Positions 41,249 through 51,091 of a stretch of DNA of 64,000 bases are shown here, in pieces. The stretch comes from a bacterium. GTDB taxonomy: Bacteria; UBA8248. The DNA is taken from contig OZ241996.1 of assembly GCA_965204535.1 (NCBI GenBank), positions 416,001 through 480,000 on the forward strand, in the 5' to 3' direction. Numbering within the stretch: position 1 is the first letter of the stretch; each line of letters starts with the position of its first letter. The notes under the pieces were generated by a model, which saw nothing but the letters and a program-made list of their open reading frames with translations, had not been told where the DNA came from and ran no database searches. The position numbers were made by a program, and so were the translations under genes.

Positions 41249-42766
41249 TTACGCGCCGGATGCCGCATGGGTCTTCTTCCGGCGGGCCGCGCGGGAGCGC
41301 CTCCGGTGGAGAAACAGGAGCAGGATGAAGAGCGCGACGCCGCCCGATGCCGCATACGGCATCCAGGAGACGCTGTCGCCCTGGACGTCGACAGAGACGG
41401 ACCCCTGGAACCCCTCGGCGGCGAGCCTCAGGTCATAAAGCCCCGTTCCCGGCACCGACTGGCGGACCCGGTACACGGCTTCTTCGAAAGGCCGGTCGTG
41501 CCGGAAGACCGCAAGCCGCGTCTTCCCCCGGCGCACCTCGATGGTCAGGGGACCCGTGTAGCTTTGGCCGGTCCTGGAGTCCGTGAGGCTGACGTAGAAC
41601 TGCACGTCGTCCGGCGTGTCCGAAGTCTGCCGGCGCAGCCCCTCGAAGAAATAGCTCACCACGGTGATGTCGTAACTGCCGACCCGGACGCGCGTTTCGC
41701 GCGTGGGGATCTGGGGGTAGTTCTCGGCATAGCCGTAATGGGGCTTTCCCCGCATGTGGTGGCCGGAGGCGGTGAGCGGGATGAGAAGCAGGACCAGCCC
41801 CAACCCCAGGGAGACGCCCTTTTTCAGGCGCGAGAGAAGCCTGGCCGGAAAGCGCTTGGGTGCGAGTCCCAACGTCAGGAGGTCGTCGGGGCACGCGGTC
41901 GTACAGACCCCGCAGTTGTAGCATTCGGCCAGGGAGAACGACTTCGCCGGGTTGACCCCCATCGGGCAGGCTCTCGCGCAGGCCGTGCAGCCCTCGATGC
42001 AGGGACTCTCGGTCTTACGCACCCGGAAGGGGGCCAGCGAGCCGAAGAAGCCCAGCAGCGCGCCGGTCGGGCAGAGGGAGCGGCACCACGCCCGGCGAGA
42101 GAGGAGCAGTTCCGCCAGGATGACGCCCGAGAAGATCAGGACGCCGCCGTTGGTGACGCCGAACACCATCAGGGAGAACACGTCCCGCCCGATCTGAACG
42201 TGGGGAAGGAGGTTCGCCCACAGGGCGACGTTGAAGACGACCGCCGCGGCCAGACCTATGAGGAGCAGCGCCCACTTGGCCCACCGGGGGACTTTGAGGT
42301 CCGGCGGACGGACCCCGATCTTCGGCAGCGCGCGCTGCCGCAGGAGGTCGAATCCCTCCAGGAGCGTGTTCACCGGGCAGACCCACCCGCAGAAGACCCG
42401 CCCGAGGGCGACGGCCAGGAGAACCGGGAGCGCGGCCCCCGCCAGGAGTGCCGGCCAGGCGGCCGGCGTGCGGAAGGCGGTCTCCGCCGCGACCACCGGA
42501 TCGAGAATCGGGAACCCGAACACCGAGAACGACCCGAAATTGCCCACCCAGTCCATCGACCGGACGGCGGGGTCCGGCAGGCGGCCCACCGTGATCGAAA
42601 ACAGGTGGTAGAGCCATTGCTCGAAGACGGTTCCAGTGAGGGATATCTTGTGGTAGCCGTTCTTGCCGTATTGCTGGTAGAGGATCCCCCCGTAATTGAG
42701 GGCGGGCACGGCCAGGAGAAGACCGAGCGCCCCCAGCTGAATCCCCCTTCTCAGCCGGCGAGCCAT
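41249..42766 (-). CDS. napH: NapH-like membrane ferredoxin fused to an extra C-terminal extracytoplasmic domain
   Basis: GRVFCGWVCP, AWCRSLCPTG and two CxxCxxCxxxCP; then a signal-like helix, a soluble domain and a C-terminal TM. Confidence 0.78.
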   Translation of the reverse strand: MARRLRRGIQLGALGLLLAVPALNYGGILYQQYGKNGYHKISLTGTVFEQWLYHLFSITVGRLPDPAVRSMDWVGNFGSFSVFGFPILDPVVAAETAFRTPAAWPALLAGAALPVLLAVALGRVFCGWVCPVNTLLEGFDLLRQRALPKIGVRPPDLKVPRWAKWALLLIGLAAAVVFNVALWANLLPHVQIGRDVFSLMVFGVTNGGVLIFSGVILAELLLSRRAWCRSLCPTGALLGFFGSLAPFRVRKTESPCIEGCTACARACPMGVNPAKSFSLAECYNCGVCTTACPDDLLTLGLAPKRFPARLLSRLKKGVSLGLGLVLLLIPLTASGHHMRGKPHYGYAENYPQIPTRETRVRVGSYDITVVSYFFEGLRRQTSDTPDDVQFYVSLTDSRTGQSYTGPLTIEVRRGKTRLAVFRHDRPFEEAVYRVRQSVPGTGLYDLRLAAEGFQGSVSVDVQGDSVSWMPYAASGGVALFILLLFLHRRRSRAARRKKTHAASGA

Positions 42767-42770
42767 GGTA

Positions 42771-43361
42771 TCAGGACTCCACCGGGACGATGCGGATCGC
42801 CTGGGGGACGTGGATGCAGGCGCGCTCGCAGAGCCCGCAGCCCACGCAGGCGTCCGTCACGATGGGCTGCTCGTACATCCCTGTCTTCATGGCCACCCCG
42901 GGGAAGGGGCAGGCGCGAATGCACACCCCGCAGGTACGCCCCTGGTAGGAGAAGCACATGGATCGATCCACCACCGCGCGACCCATCTTGACCTGGGTGA
43001 GGACGGCTTCGTCGTCTGCGGCGATTCGGGTCAGCGCCCCCGTCGGGCAGACTTCGGTGCACTTCATGCAGAGCATGCAGGCCTGTTCGCGGGGGACGAT
43101 GTAGGGCGTGTTGAGGTTTCTCAGGCCCTGCCCGAACCCGGTCATCTGGATGGCGGTGTTCGGACAGACGGCGGCGCACCTCGCGCAGCGGATGCACCGT
43201 TCGAGGAAGTCCTGCTCGCTCAGCGCGCCGGGCGGGCGGAGGAATCGGCGAAAGCGCGTAGCGGCTCTCGCGAAACTCCTCCGTCCGGTCGCTAGCAAGG
43301 ATGCGACGCCTGTGAGCGCCGCCGCCCCTGCGAGGAGGAACATCCGTCTGTTCAGGCCCAC
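42771..43361 (-). CDS. napG: NapG-like Tat ferredoxin
   Basis: NRRMFLL Tat signal; LRPPGA, CIRCARCAAVCP and three further Cys clusters; GGAGG RBS with GTG start. Confidence 0.82.
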   Translation of the reverse strand: MGLNRRMFLLAGAAALTGVASLLATGRRSFARAATRFRRFLRPPGALSEQDFLERCIRCARCAAVCPNTAIQMTGFGQGLRNLNTPYIVPREQACMLCMKCTEVCPTGALTRIAADDEAVLTQVKMGRAVVDRSMCFSYQGRTCGVCIRACPFPGVAMKTGMYEQPIVTDACVGCGLCERACIHVPQAIRIVPVES

Positions 43362-43441
43362 TCTACCACCTCCATGTCTCCAGCCCGGCGAGACGGGGAA
43401 GACGGGAAACCTCTCCCCGTCCCGCTCGCTGCATCAAGTAT

Positions 43442-46081
43442 TCAAATCTTCTCGATCCTTGCCTTTACGTGCTTGAAGTCCGCCTGGCCCGATACCGGAT
43501 CGAAAGCCCGGTGCGTGACCGCATTGACGAGCCAGCGGTTCTTCTTCGGGTCGGCGCTGTCCGCCACGGAGAGGTTCCACGGGGAGAACACCTGCCCCGG
43601 CATGACCTTGTTGCGCGCGGGCTTGACCTTGCTCTTCGTGCCGATGCTGGCCCGCGCCTCGTAGCTGCCCCGGGGCGTCACGACCCGGACCCATTCCCCG
43701 TCCTCGATTCCGAGCTTCCGGGCGTCGCGGGGGTTCATTTCGAGATACTGCTCCGGCACCAGCCGCCGGGTGGTGGCCGCCCGGATCGTCTTGGTGGTGT
43801 GGAAGTGCTCGAAGACGACCCCCAGGTTCAGCCAGAACGGGTACTTGTCGGCTTTCTTGATCTCCGCCATGGTCTTTCCGTAGTAGTCGAAATCGGGAAG
43901 TTCCGGCGTCAACCCGTCGTCGCGCATCTGGATAAGCACGTCGTAATGGTCCACGGCGTAGAAATCCGGGTCCTTGCCCGCTTTCGCGAAGATGTCCGTC
44001 AGCTCCTTGGCGCGTGAATAGTCCTGCTCGGTGAGCTTGAACTTCGCCCTGCCGTCCTTGCGGCGGAAGGCGCTGTAGGGCTTGTCCTTCCAGCCCTTCT
44101 CCTGCGCCATGTACTTGCGCGGGATTCCTCCCCCTTTGGCGATCTCATACGTGGGGGCGGGATAAAAGATTCCCTTGCGCTTCCGAAGCTGCTCGTAGGG
44201 AGAGAGTTTGTCCCGCTTTTCCACCTCCAGCATTCCCGTCAAATCCGCATCCGAACCCTTGCTGGCCCGTATGATGTCCCGGTAGACCTCCTCGGGGTCA
44301 TAGTAGCCGTCCGCCTTCCTCTGGTAGGGGAATATCTTCTCCGCGTCCAGGCCGAGCTTCGCGGCGATGGACTTGCCCTCGTCGATGATGACGTCCAGAT
44401 CGGGCCTGCAGTTTTCGGGCGGCTCCATGGCCTTGTCCGTGACGTACATCTTCCGCTCGCTGTTCTGGTACACGCCCCATTTCTCCCCGTGGGTGGCGGC
44501 GGGGAAGATGACGTCGCCGTAGAGCAGGTTCGGGGCGTGCCGGTAGGCCTCCACCATGTAGGTGAACGTCTTGGTGATGGCGGGGCGGATGAGGGTGTCC
44601 ACCTCCGGCAGGTCCACGTGGGTGGCGTAGGCGAACTGCATTATCTTGATGTCGCCCTTCATGGCGCGCTCGAACATGCCGATGGTCATGCCCTTGTTCG
44701 GGGCGGCGGCGGTGACGTCGAGCCGTCCGGGAGGCAGGCCCCAGGCCTCGTTGATCTTCTTGCGGTGCGCGGCGTTCTTGATGCCCTCGTTGAACGGGAG
44801 CCGCCCGGTCAGGCCGCCCATCAGGCGTTCGCTCATGGCGTTGGGCTGCCCCGTCATGGAGAACGGCCCCGCGCCCGGCCTCCCGATGTTTCCGGTCAGC
44901 AGGTGGAGGTTGATGATGTTGATGTTGCGGTGCTGTCCATGTAGGGACTGGTTGTACCCGATCCCCCAGAAGGAGAGGACGCCGCCTTTCTTGCGCCGCT
45001 TCCCCTTCAGGGTGGCGTCCGCCCAGATCGAGGCTATCCGCCGGACCACCGAGGGGGCGATCCCCGTCCGGTCGATGACCTGCTCCGGGCTGTAGCGGGC
45101 CATGATGCCTTCGCGGTAATCGTCGAAACCGTCCGTGTGCTGCCGGATGAAGGCCTCGTCCACGGCCTGGGGGAACTCCTTCATCAGGACGTGGGCGATG
45201 GCGTTCTGAAGAGAAAGATCGCCGTTGGGGCGGATGGTGATCGAGAGGCTGTTGTTGGGGTTGATCTGGGCGTAGCCGTCCATGGTGCCGGTGTAGCGCG
45301 GGTCGACCACCATGGTCGGGATGTTCCGCTTTTCCTTGGTGGCCGCCACGCGCCAGAACAGGACGGGGTGCGACCCGCGCGCGTTGTGGCCCCAGTGATT
45401 GATGAAGTCGGCGTCTTCGATGTCGGAATAGTTCCCCGGCGGGTGGTCGCTCCCGAGGCTGTGGATGTAGCCCGTCACGGCCGAGGTCATGCACATCCGG
45501 GCGTTGGCCTCGATGCTGTTCGACTGGAGGACGCCCTTGTAGAAGATGTTGTCCAGCCATTGCTCCTCCATGGTCAACTGGCCGGACTGGTAGATCCCCA
45601 CGGAGTTCCCCCCGTGCTTCTTCACGACGCCGACGACCATGTTCGAGACGATGTCCATGCCTTCTTCCCACGTGCCGACGCGGAAGACGTCTTTATCGAA
45701 GCGCCCTTTCGTCTTCGAGACGTGGCCGGTAAGCGGGTTGGACATGTCCTTGCGGATCAGCACCTCCTCCAGCCGGTCGACGTAGAGGGACTCCGCGGCC
45801 GTGAGACCCTTGATGCACTGAAGCCCCAGGTTGACGGGGGAGTCCTTGTCCGGGATGCACGCCACGATCTTTTCATTCTCGACGACGTAATAGGTGTGGC
45901 ATCCCACGCCGCAGTAGGGGCATTGTGTGGGCACCAGCTTCCGCGTGTCCTGGGCGCCTTCCGCCTCTCCGACGAGCTGGAATAACTCCTTGTCGCGGGT
46001 CAGGGCCCCGCCCATGGCGAGCCCGGTGGCCAGCGCGGTGGACGATTGCAGAAACGCACGGCGATTGAATTTCGGCATCAC
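43442..46081 (-). CDS. napA: Tat-exported molybdopterin oxidoreductase of the nitrate reductase (NapA/NasA) family
   Basis: NRRAFLQ Tat; CPYCGVGC...CIKG 4Fe-4S; NARMCMTSA Mo-Cys motif; TGQPNA; EHFHT; C-terminal DPVSGQADFK. Confidence 0.75.
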   Translation of the reverse strand: MMPKFNRRAFLQSSTALATGLAMGGALTRDKELFQLVGEAEGAQDTRKLVPTQCPYCGVGCHTYYVVENEKIVACIPDKDSPVNLGLQCIKGLTAAESLYVDRLEEVLIRKDMSNPLTGHVSKTKGRFDKDVFRVGTWEEGMDIVSNMVVGVVKKHGGNSVGIYQSGQLTMEEQWLDNIFYKGVLQSNSIEANARMCMTSAVTGYIHSLGSDHPPGNYSDIEDADFINHWGHNARGSHPVLFWRVAATKEKRNIPTMVVDPRYTGTMDGYAQINPNNSLSITIRPNGDLSLQNAIAHVLMKEFPQAVDEAFIRQHTDGFDDYREGIMARYSPEQVIDRTGIAPSVVRRIASIWADATLKGKRRKKGGVLSFWGIGYNQSLHGQHRNINIINLHLLTGNIGRPGAGPFSMTGQPNAMSERLMGGLTGRLPFNEGIKNAAHRKKINEAWGLPPGRLDVTAAAPNKGMTIGMFERAMKGDIKIMQFAYATHVDLPEVDTLIRPAITKTFTYMVEAYRHAPNLLYGDVIFPAATHGEKWGVYQNSERKMYVTDKAMEPPENCRPDLDVIIDEGKSIAAKLGLDAEKIFPYQRKADGYYDPEEVYRDIIRASKGSDADLTGMLEVEKRDKLSPYEQLRKRKGIFYPAPTYEIAKGGGIPRKYMAQEKGWKDKPYSAFRRKDGRAKFKLTEQDYSRAKELTDIFAKAGKDPDFYAVDHYDVLIQMRDDGLTPELPDFDYYGKTMAEIKKADKYPFWLNLGVVFEHFHTTKTIRAATTRRLVPEQYLEMNPRDARKLGIEDGEWVRVVTPRGSYEARASIGTKSKVKPARNKVMPGQVFSPWNLSVADSADPKKNRWLVNAVTHRAFDPVSGQADFKHVKARIEKI

Positions 46082-46818
46082 TTGTCCCTCCAGGGGTCTA
46101 CGGGTCCCGAATCGCGTTTTTCCCAGGTGCGGATGTAGGCGACGATGTCGTTAATCTCTTCTTCGGTCAGTTCCACCATGCCCTGCTTGCCCTTGAGGTA
46201 GGCCCCCATCGGCGTACCGACCCGGCCCTGCATCATCGTCGCCTTGATGTAGCCGTCGGTGGCGGATTTCAGAAAACCCTGGTTGTTCAGGGCGGGTCCG
46301 GCGTAGCCCGCCATGGCGTTTGTCACGTGGCCTCCACCCACCTGGGGGCCGCCGAGGCCGTCCCGCCCATGACAGCCGGAGCACATCCCGTCGAAGAACT
46401 CCTTTCCGCGGGATACGGAACCCGCCACGCGCTTTTGATCGATCCCGGCGTAGTCGCGCAGCTGCCAGCTTCGCACATAGGTCGCGATGGCTTCGATGTC
46501 TTCTTTTTTCAGGAAAGTCCCGTACGGGATCATCTGGCGCGGCAACCGCCCGTAGAAGATGGAGCGGCGGATGTACCCTTCGGGGGCAACGGACAGGAAG
46601 CTTTGCAGGTTCAGGGGGAGACCCACGCCTCCTTTGCCGTTTTTGCCGTGGCAGGCCGCGCAGTGAATCAGGTAGAGCCGGCTGCCCTTCGAATAGACGG
46701 AATCCCATTTGGAATCGCGATCGAAGGCGTTGGCTCCGGTGGGGGGAAGGAGCGTGGCGATCAGCAAGAAAGAGAAGAGAAAACCGACGAGAACCGGGAA
46801 TGGGCGCCACTGTTTCAT
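46078..46818 (-). CDS. Dihaem class I c-type cytochrome
   Basis: Sec signal; CAACH and CSGCH, each followed by a distal Met (RQMIPY, TPMGAY); GGAGGAG RBS. Confidence 0.88.
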   Translation of the reverse strand: MKQWRPFPVLVGFLFSFLLIATLLPPTGANAFDRDSKWDSVYSKGSRLYLIHCAACHGKNGKGGVGLPLNLQSFLSVAPEGYIRRSIFYGRLPRQMIPYGTFLKKEDIEAIATYVRSWQLRDYAGIDQKRVAGSVSRGKEFFDGMCSGCHGRDGLGGPQVGGGHVTNAMAGYAGPALNNQGFLKSATDGYIKATMMQGRVGTPMGAYLKGKQGMVELTEEEINDIVAYIRTWEKRDSGPVDPWRDK

Positions 46819-46953
46819 AATTGTTCTCCTCCCGAACAGCCTTAGCTCCTATGTTGGTGGGCCGAGCCTTGCTTGAACTCCTTTCTCTTATCCCCCGAAC
46901 GGGGGTCGAACTCGTGTGTCAGGTGGTGCGCTTCACTCACGCCTATATAATTA

Positions 46954-46982
46954 AAAATAGGTTCGAAGGGTCGAATTGTCAA
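46954..46982 (-). promoter_or_regulatory. Sigma70 promoter of the Nap-like operon
   Basis: Minus-strand TTGACA-17 bp-TATTTT; the spacer holds the palindrome TTCGA-CCCT-TCGAA. Confidence 0.6.
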
Positions 46983-47120
46983 TAAATCCTTTCGGTTCGC
47001 ATGGATGCGGCTGAAAGAAACTCGCGCCGCCGCATCAGGCGTCATAGAAGCGGCGGATGCGGTCGGAATCATCCGCCGTCCCGGCGGGTTCAAGGCGAAG
47101 CAATGCGGCGCAGCCTTTGC

Positions 47121-47323
47121 TCATGGGATTTGTTGAAAAAGCCCGTCTGCGACTCCCGCAAACCGCCAACGCCTCTTTCCTCACCCTGAGTAACCGCCGT
47201 AGGCGGCGTATCGAAGGGCGAAGGGAGCCAGACGTCTCGCGCCGGGCGAGAGGGCATCCTTCGATACGCGGTTTCACCGCTACTCAGGATGAAGCGGAGA
47301 GGGATTTTGCAACAGCCCCTCAT
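47121..47323. mobile_element. MITE-like element B
   Basis: TGTTGAAAAA ... TTTTGCAACAGCCCC ends with TCAT on both sides; inverted cargo pair TCACCCTGAGTA..TATCGAAGG / CCTTCGATA..TACTCAGGATGA. Confidence 0.7.
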
Positions 47324-47503
47324 GGCGGAGGTGGAATCGTCCGTCGGTGGGGGGAGATCGAGGCCGGGGCGGATCGGCGCCGCCGTTTTGTTGTATGATG
47401 GCGAAGAGTTCACCACGACCCCCCGCATCGTTCATGGCGGGCCGTGGGTTGGGTAAGGCCGTCTACAGCGTTACCGGAACAAATCATTACGGGAGAGAGA
47501 ACC

Positions 47504-48625
47504 ATGGAAGATGTGCGCGTGGAGCGGATGGCGGAGATCATCACGGGGTATTCCTCAAAAATAAAGCGGGGCGATCTCGTCGGCATCCGGGGCAGCACGG
47601 CCGCCGCGCCGCTGATTCGCGCGCTCTACGCCGAGTGCGTCCGGCGCGGCGCTTACGTCTCCGCCGAGGTGTCGCTGCCGGGGCTGGAAGAGATTTTCTA
47701 CGAACACGCCACCCGCAGGCAGCTGGAGTTCCTCTCGCCGGTGCGGAAGTTCGAGATCGAAAATCTGGACGTCGTCATCTCCATACTCTCCGAGACGAAC
47801 ACCCGGCGGCTCTCGGGCGCGGACCCCAAGAAACAGGCGCTCGCCTCCAAAGCCAGACAGCCCGTCATGGAGACGTTCATGAAGCGCGCCGCAGAGCACG
47901 AGAAGAAGGGGAAGGGGGGCTTACGGTGGACGCTCACCCTGTTCCCCACCGAAGCCTACGCCCAGGATGCCGAGATGGGCATCCGCGAATACGAGGATTT
48001 CGTATTCAGCGCGTGTTTCGCGAATGAAGCGGGCGGCATCAGGCGCTGGCGGGCGCAGGACAGGCACCAGGCGCGCGTCATCCGTTATCTCAAGGGCCGT
48101 AAAGTCGTGGAAATCGGGGCGCCGGGCACCGACCTTAGGGTCGGCATCGCGGGGCGTCCGTTCATGAACTGCTCGGGGCACAACAATTTCCCGGATGGGG
48201 AAGTCTTCACCGGTCCGCAGGAGAACAGGATCGACGGAAAAATCCGCTATTCCTTCCCCGCCTGCATCCAGGGGCGTGAGGTGGAGGGCGTGGCGCTCGA
48301 ATTCGAGAAAGGGGAAGTCGTCAAGGCGTCGGCGGAGAAGAACGAGGCGTTCCTGAAATCCATGATCGGCATGGACGACGGCGCCAAACGGGTGGGGGAG
48401 TTCGCCTTCGGTCTCAACGCCGGCATCCAGCGCTTCACCAAGAACACGCTGTTCGACGAGAAGATCGGCGGCACGCTGCACCTGGCGCTCGGCAAGGGCT
48501 ACCCCCAGAGCGGGTCGAAGAACAACTCCGCCCTGCACTGGGACATGGTGTGCGATTTGAGGGAGGGCGGCGAGGTCTACGTGGACGGAAAGCTCTTCTC
48601 GAAGGACGGGGAACTCCAGATTTAG
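47504..48625 (+). CDS. Aminopeptidase, M29 (AmpS/AmpT) family
   Basis: NFPDGEVFT, GEFAFG, LFDEKIGGTLHLALG and SALHWDMV motifs. Confidence 0.92.
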   Translation: MEDVRVERMAEIITGYSSKIKRGDLVGIRGSTAAAPLIRALYAECVRRGAYVSAEVSLPGLEEIFYEHATRRQLEFLSPVRKFEIENLDVVISILSETNTRRLSGADPKKQALASKARQPVMETFMKRAAEHEKKGKGGLRWTLTLFPTEAYAQDAEMGIREYEDFVFSACFANEAGGIRRWRAQDRHQARVIRYLKGRKVVEIGAPGTDLRVGIAGRPFMNCSGHNNFPDGEVFTGPQENRIDGKIRYSFPACIQGREVEGVALEFEKGEVVKASAEKNEAFLKSMIGMDDGAKRVGEFAFGLNAGIQRFTKNTLFDEKIGGTLHLALGKGYPQSGSKNNSALHWDMVCDLREGGEVYVDGKLFSKDGELQI

Positions 48626-48723
48626 CCGCGTTCCAAAACCCGATTCGCATCGGCTCCGGGGGTTGGTCGCCGGACACGCAAAATGCTATTCTCCACGCGC
48701 CGTTTCTGAACGGAGGCCCACAC

Positions 48724-48799
48724 GGGCGGGTAGCTCAGCTGGCAGAGCGGCGCCCTTACAAGGCGTAGGCCGGAGGTTCGAACCCTCTCCCGCCCACCA
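48724..48799 (+). tRNA. tRNA-Val(TAC)
   Basis: GGGCGGG/CCCGCCC acceptor stem, D arm TAGCTCAGCTGGCAGAGC, anticodon loop CT-TAC-AA, TTCGAAC T loop, encoded CCA; 76 nt. Confidence 0.96.
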
Positions 48800-48858
48800 A
48801 GGAAAGTCTGGTTGCAGGCAGGTGATTACGCCGAGTTCCTGTATCTTCGACCGTTCCA

Positions 48859-49224
48859 TCAGGGGCTGCTGAAAAACCCCTCGTCGCTCGGAATTGACCG
48901 CTGTCGTCATTCCGGCGAAAGCCGGAATCCATTTACTTCGTCTTTGTTTTTTCTGAAGAGCGGTTGCCCTTTTGCAGGATGGTTCGAATCGGGACAGGCA
49001 CGAAGGCCTGTCCTTACGGAGCGGCACCTCTTCGTTCGGTTTGATTGCTCTCTTGCCTGCATGAAAACCAACCCCCCCCTACCCCCCCTTGACAGGGGGG
49101 TATAAAAAGGCGACCCCCGCCGCCGGTAGAAGGGCTTTTGTTTTTTCTTGCCCCCTGACAAGGGGGGGTAGGGGGGGGTTGCCTTTGTCCTCTGACAAGG
49201 GGGTCTTTTTCAACAACGCCCTCA
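48859..49224. mobile_element. MITE-like element C (composite cargo)
   Basis: TCA-GGGGCTGCTGAAAAA ... TTTTTCAACAACGCCC-TCA; carries GTCATTCCGGCGAAAGCCGGAATCC, GGGACAGGC..GCCTGTCC and the CCCCCTAC doublet. Confidence 0.75.
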
Positions 49225-49281
49225 AGGGGGAGTGCTTTTGGAATTCTGCTCGGAGGGGAGCGATCTCCGTGAGGGCTGTAC

Positions 49282-49313
49282 ACCGGGGGTGGGGAATTCT
49301 CCCCACCCCCGGT
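49282..49313. terminator. Perfect 14-bp hairpin downstream of the CocE-like gene
   Basis: ACCGGGGGTGGGGA-ATTC-TCCCCACCCCCGGT; no clear U tract. Confidence 0.5.
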
Positions 49314-49363
49314 TAAGTCTCAGCCTGTGCGGCTATTGCTGAACCAGTGCCGCTTGTAGCGCC

Positions 49364-51091
49364 TTACCTCGCCACTGCGCCGGGCCGACGTTTGGGGATG
49401 ATCGGCACGAGCAGGTAGGACTGGTGGTTCGGGCCGGTGTGCAGCGTGGTGCGCCCGCCGAAGACTTCCTTGCAGCGATCGACGGGGTGATCGTGCAGGA
49501 ACGGTCCCGAGCCGCGTGAGGGCACGTAGGCCTGCACCGCGGGTCCGGGGCGGTCGAAGTCCTGTCCGGCGATGTTGATGGAGAGCTGAAACCCTTTCGG
49601 CAGCACGATGCACTGGGGCCAGATTTCCACGTCGAGCTCGTAGATCCTGTCCGGCGTGAGCGGCATCTTGTCGTCGTGCGTATGGTAGGGCCGCCAGGGT
49701 TCGGAGAGTTCCTCGTCCAGCTTTCGGTGCGAGGCGCGCAGCCAGCCCTGTGCGAGCGGCGTCTTGGGGTCGACCGTGCCCTGGAAGTAGACTTCGCGGT
49801 TTTTGGGCGAGAACGCCTGGACGGTGACGAACAGGTCCGCATCCACCGTGGAGGAGGAGATGAAAAGCTTGGCCGACATGGGGCCGGTGATCTCGGTCTC
49901 TTCCTTGAGCGGCGCCGTCCGGAGCGTGATGCCGCGCGTGAGCGCCCGGAAGGTCCTGGAGCGTTTCGCCTTGGGCGGGTTAAAGTCGAGCTTGCCTTTG
50001 CCGCCCGCGTGGAGGTAGAGCTTCGTCCACTTGGTGCCCTTGAGCGGCCACTCGTGCTCCTTGCGCAGTTCCACCTCGTCGGTGAACGGACGGCGGATGT
50101 TCAGCCACACGCGGGGCTCTTTCTCCCAGCCGTTCTGCTCGCCCTTGAGATAGTAGTCGAAGAAGCGCTTCTGGAGTTCCATGCCGTATTCGAGATAAAA
50201 CCACTCCTCGTGCCTGCCCGGATGGCCTTCGAGCCATTTTTCTTCGGACGCCGCCTGCGTGTAGGCCTCGAAGTTCCCGCGCGGGTGGAGGCCGAAGCCC
50301 GCCCAGCTTCCCGCGCTCAGGAAGGGCACCTTCACCTTCGACCAGTCGGGCGAGCGGGAGCGGTACCAGTCGTCATCCATCTCGCGCGCGAGGAAGTTCG
50401 CGAGCGTGTCGGCGCGGTTGTCCTTGAGTTCTTCCTTGGAAAGCGTCGCCGGGCCCGTCGAGCGCGTCTCCATCCAGTGGTCGCGCGGGCCGTCGGGGTT
50501 GCCGTGCTGGACCGCCTCGACCTGGCGCGGATACCAGATTTCCATGAATTTGTTGGAGAGGATGCCCCCGTGGCGCGCCCAGTCGCGGTAGTGGTCGGCC
50601 GCGCCCTCCCAGGGGATCATGGCTGTTAAGTGCTTGGGCTGAAGCTCCGCGACCTGCCACTGGTTGATGGCGTAATAGGAGACACCGTTCAGGCCCACCT
50701 TGCCGTTCGACCATTTCTGCTGCCCCGCCCATTCGATGGCGTTGGCGAAGTCCCTGGTCTCGCGCGGGGAGAAGATATCGAGATAGCCGGGCGAGCGGCC
50801 GGCGCCGCGCGAATCGACCCGCACGCAGGCGTAGCCCCAGGGCACCCATATCTCGGGGTCCACCGTCTCCCAGGTGAGCCAGCGGTGCTGGGAGCCTTCC
50901 AGGATGTCGGGGTGCATCTTCACCAGTGAATCCCAGAGCGGCTTGTAGTGTTCCTGATATTTGACGCCCTTGCCGTAGGGGCCGCCCGCCAGCACGACGG
51001 GCACCTTCGCCTTGGTGTCGGGCCGGAATACGTCGACCCGCAGCACCACCCCGTCATCCATCTCGACGGGCAGATCACGTTCGATAATCAT
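49364..51091 (-). CDS. CocE/NonD family serine hydrolase (peptidase S15)
   Basis: GGAGG RBS; DSRGAGRSPG, WSNGKVGLNGVSY nucleophile motif and GWLRASHR. Confidence 0.9.
   Translation of the reverse strand: MIIERDLPVEMDDGVVLRVDVFRPDTKAKVPVVLAGGPYGKGVKYQEHYKPLWDSLVKMHPDILEGSQHRWLTWETVDPEIWVPWGYACVRVDSRGAGRSPGYLDIFSPRETRDFANAIEWAGQQKWSNGKVGLNGVSYYAINQWQVAELQPKHLTAMIPWEGAADHYRDWARHGGILSNKFMEIWYPRQVEAVQHGNPDGPRDHWMETRSTGPATLSKEELKDNRADTLANFLAREMDDDWYRSRSPDWSKVKVPFLSAGSWAGFGLHPRGNFEAYTQAASEEKWLEGHPGRHEEWFYLEYGMELQKRFFDYYLKGEQNGWEKEPRVWLNIRRPFTDEVELRKEHEWPLKGTKWTKLYLHAGGKGKLDFNPPKAKRSRTFRALTRGITLRTAPLKEETEITGPMSAKLFISSSTVDADLFVTVQAFSPKNREVYFQGTVDPKTPLAQGWLRASHRKLDEELSEPWRPYHTHDDKMPLTPDRIYELDVEIWPQCIVLPKGFQLSINIAGQDFDRPGPAVQAYVPSRGSGPFLHDHPVDRCKEVFGGRTTLHTGPNHQSYLLVPIIPKRRPGAVAR

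Noticed and set aside
46820-46950. Moco riboswitch in the Nap-like leader
   Set aside because: Only a short CCCCCG-TT-CGGGGG hairpin is visible; the consensus could not be matched by eye
48724-48860. Integrated element at tRNA-Val
   Set aside because: No integrase and no duplicated tRNA 3' end seen in the window
48812-49316. Short ORFs containing PPLPPL.RG / WIPAFAGMT peptides (also near 35.3, 51.3, 53.8 and 61.4 kb)
   Set aside because: Translations of palindromic repeats, not genes
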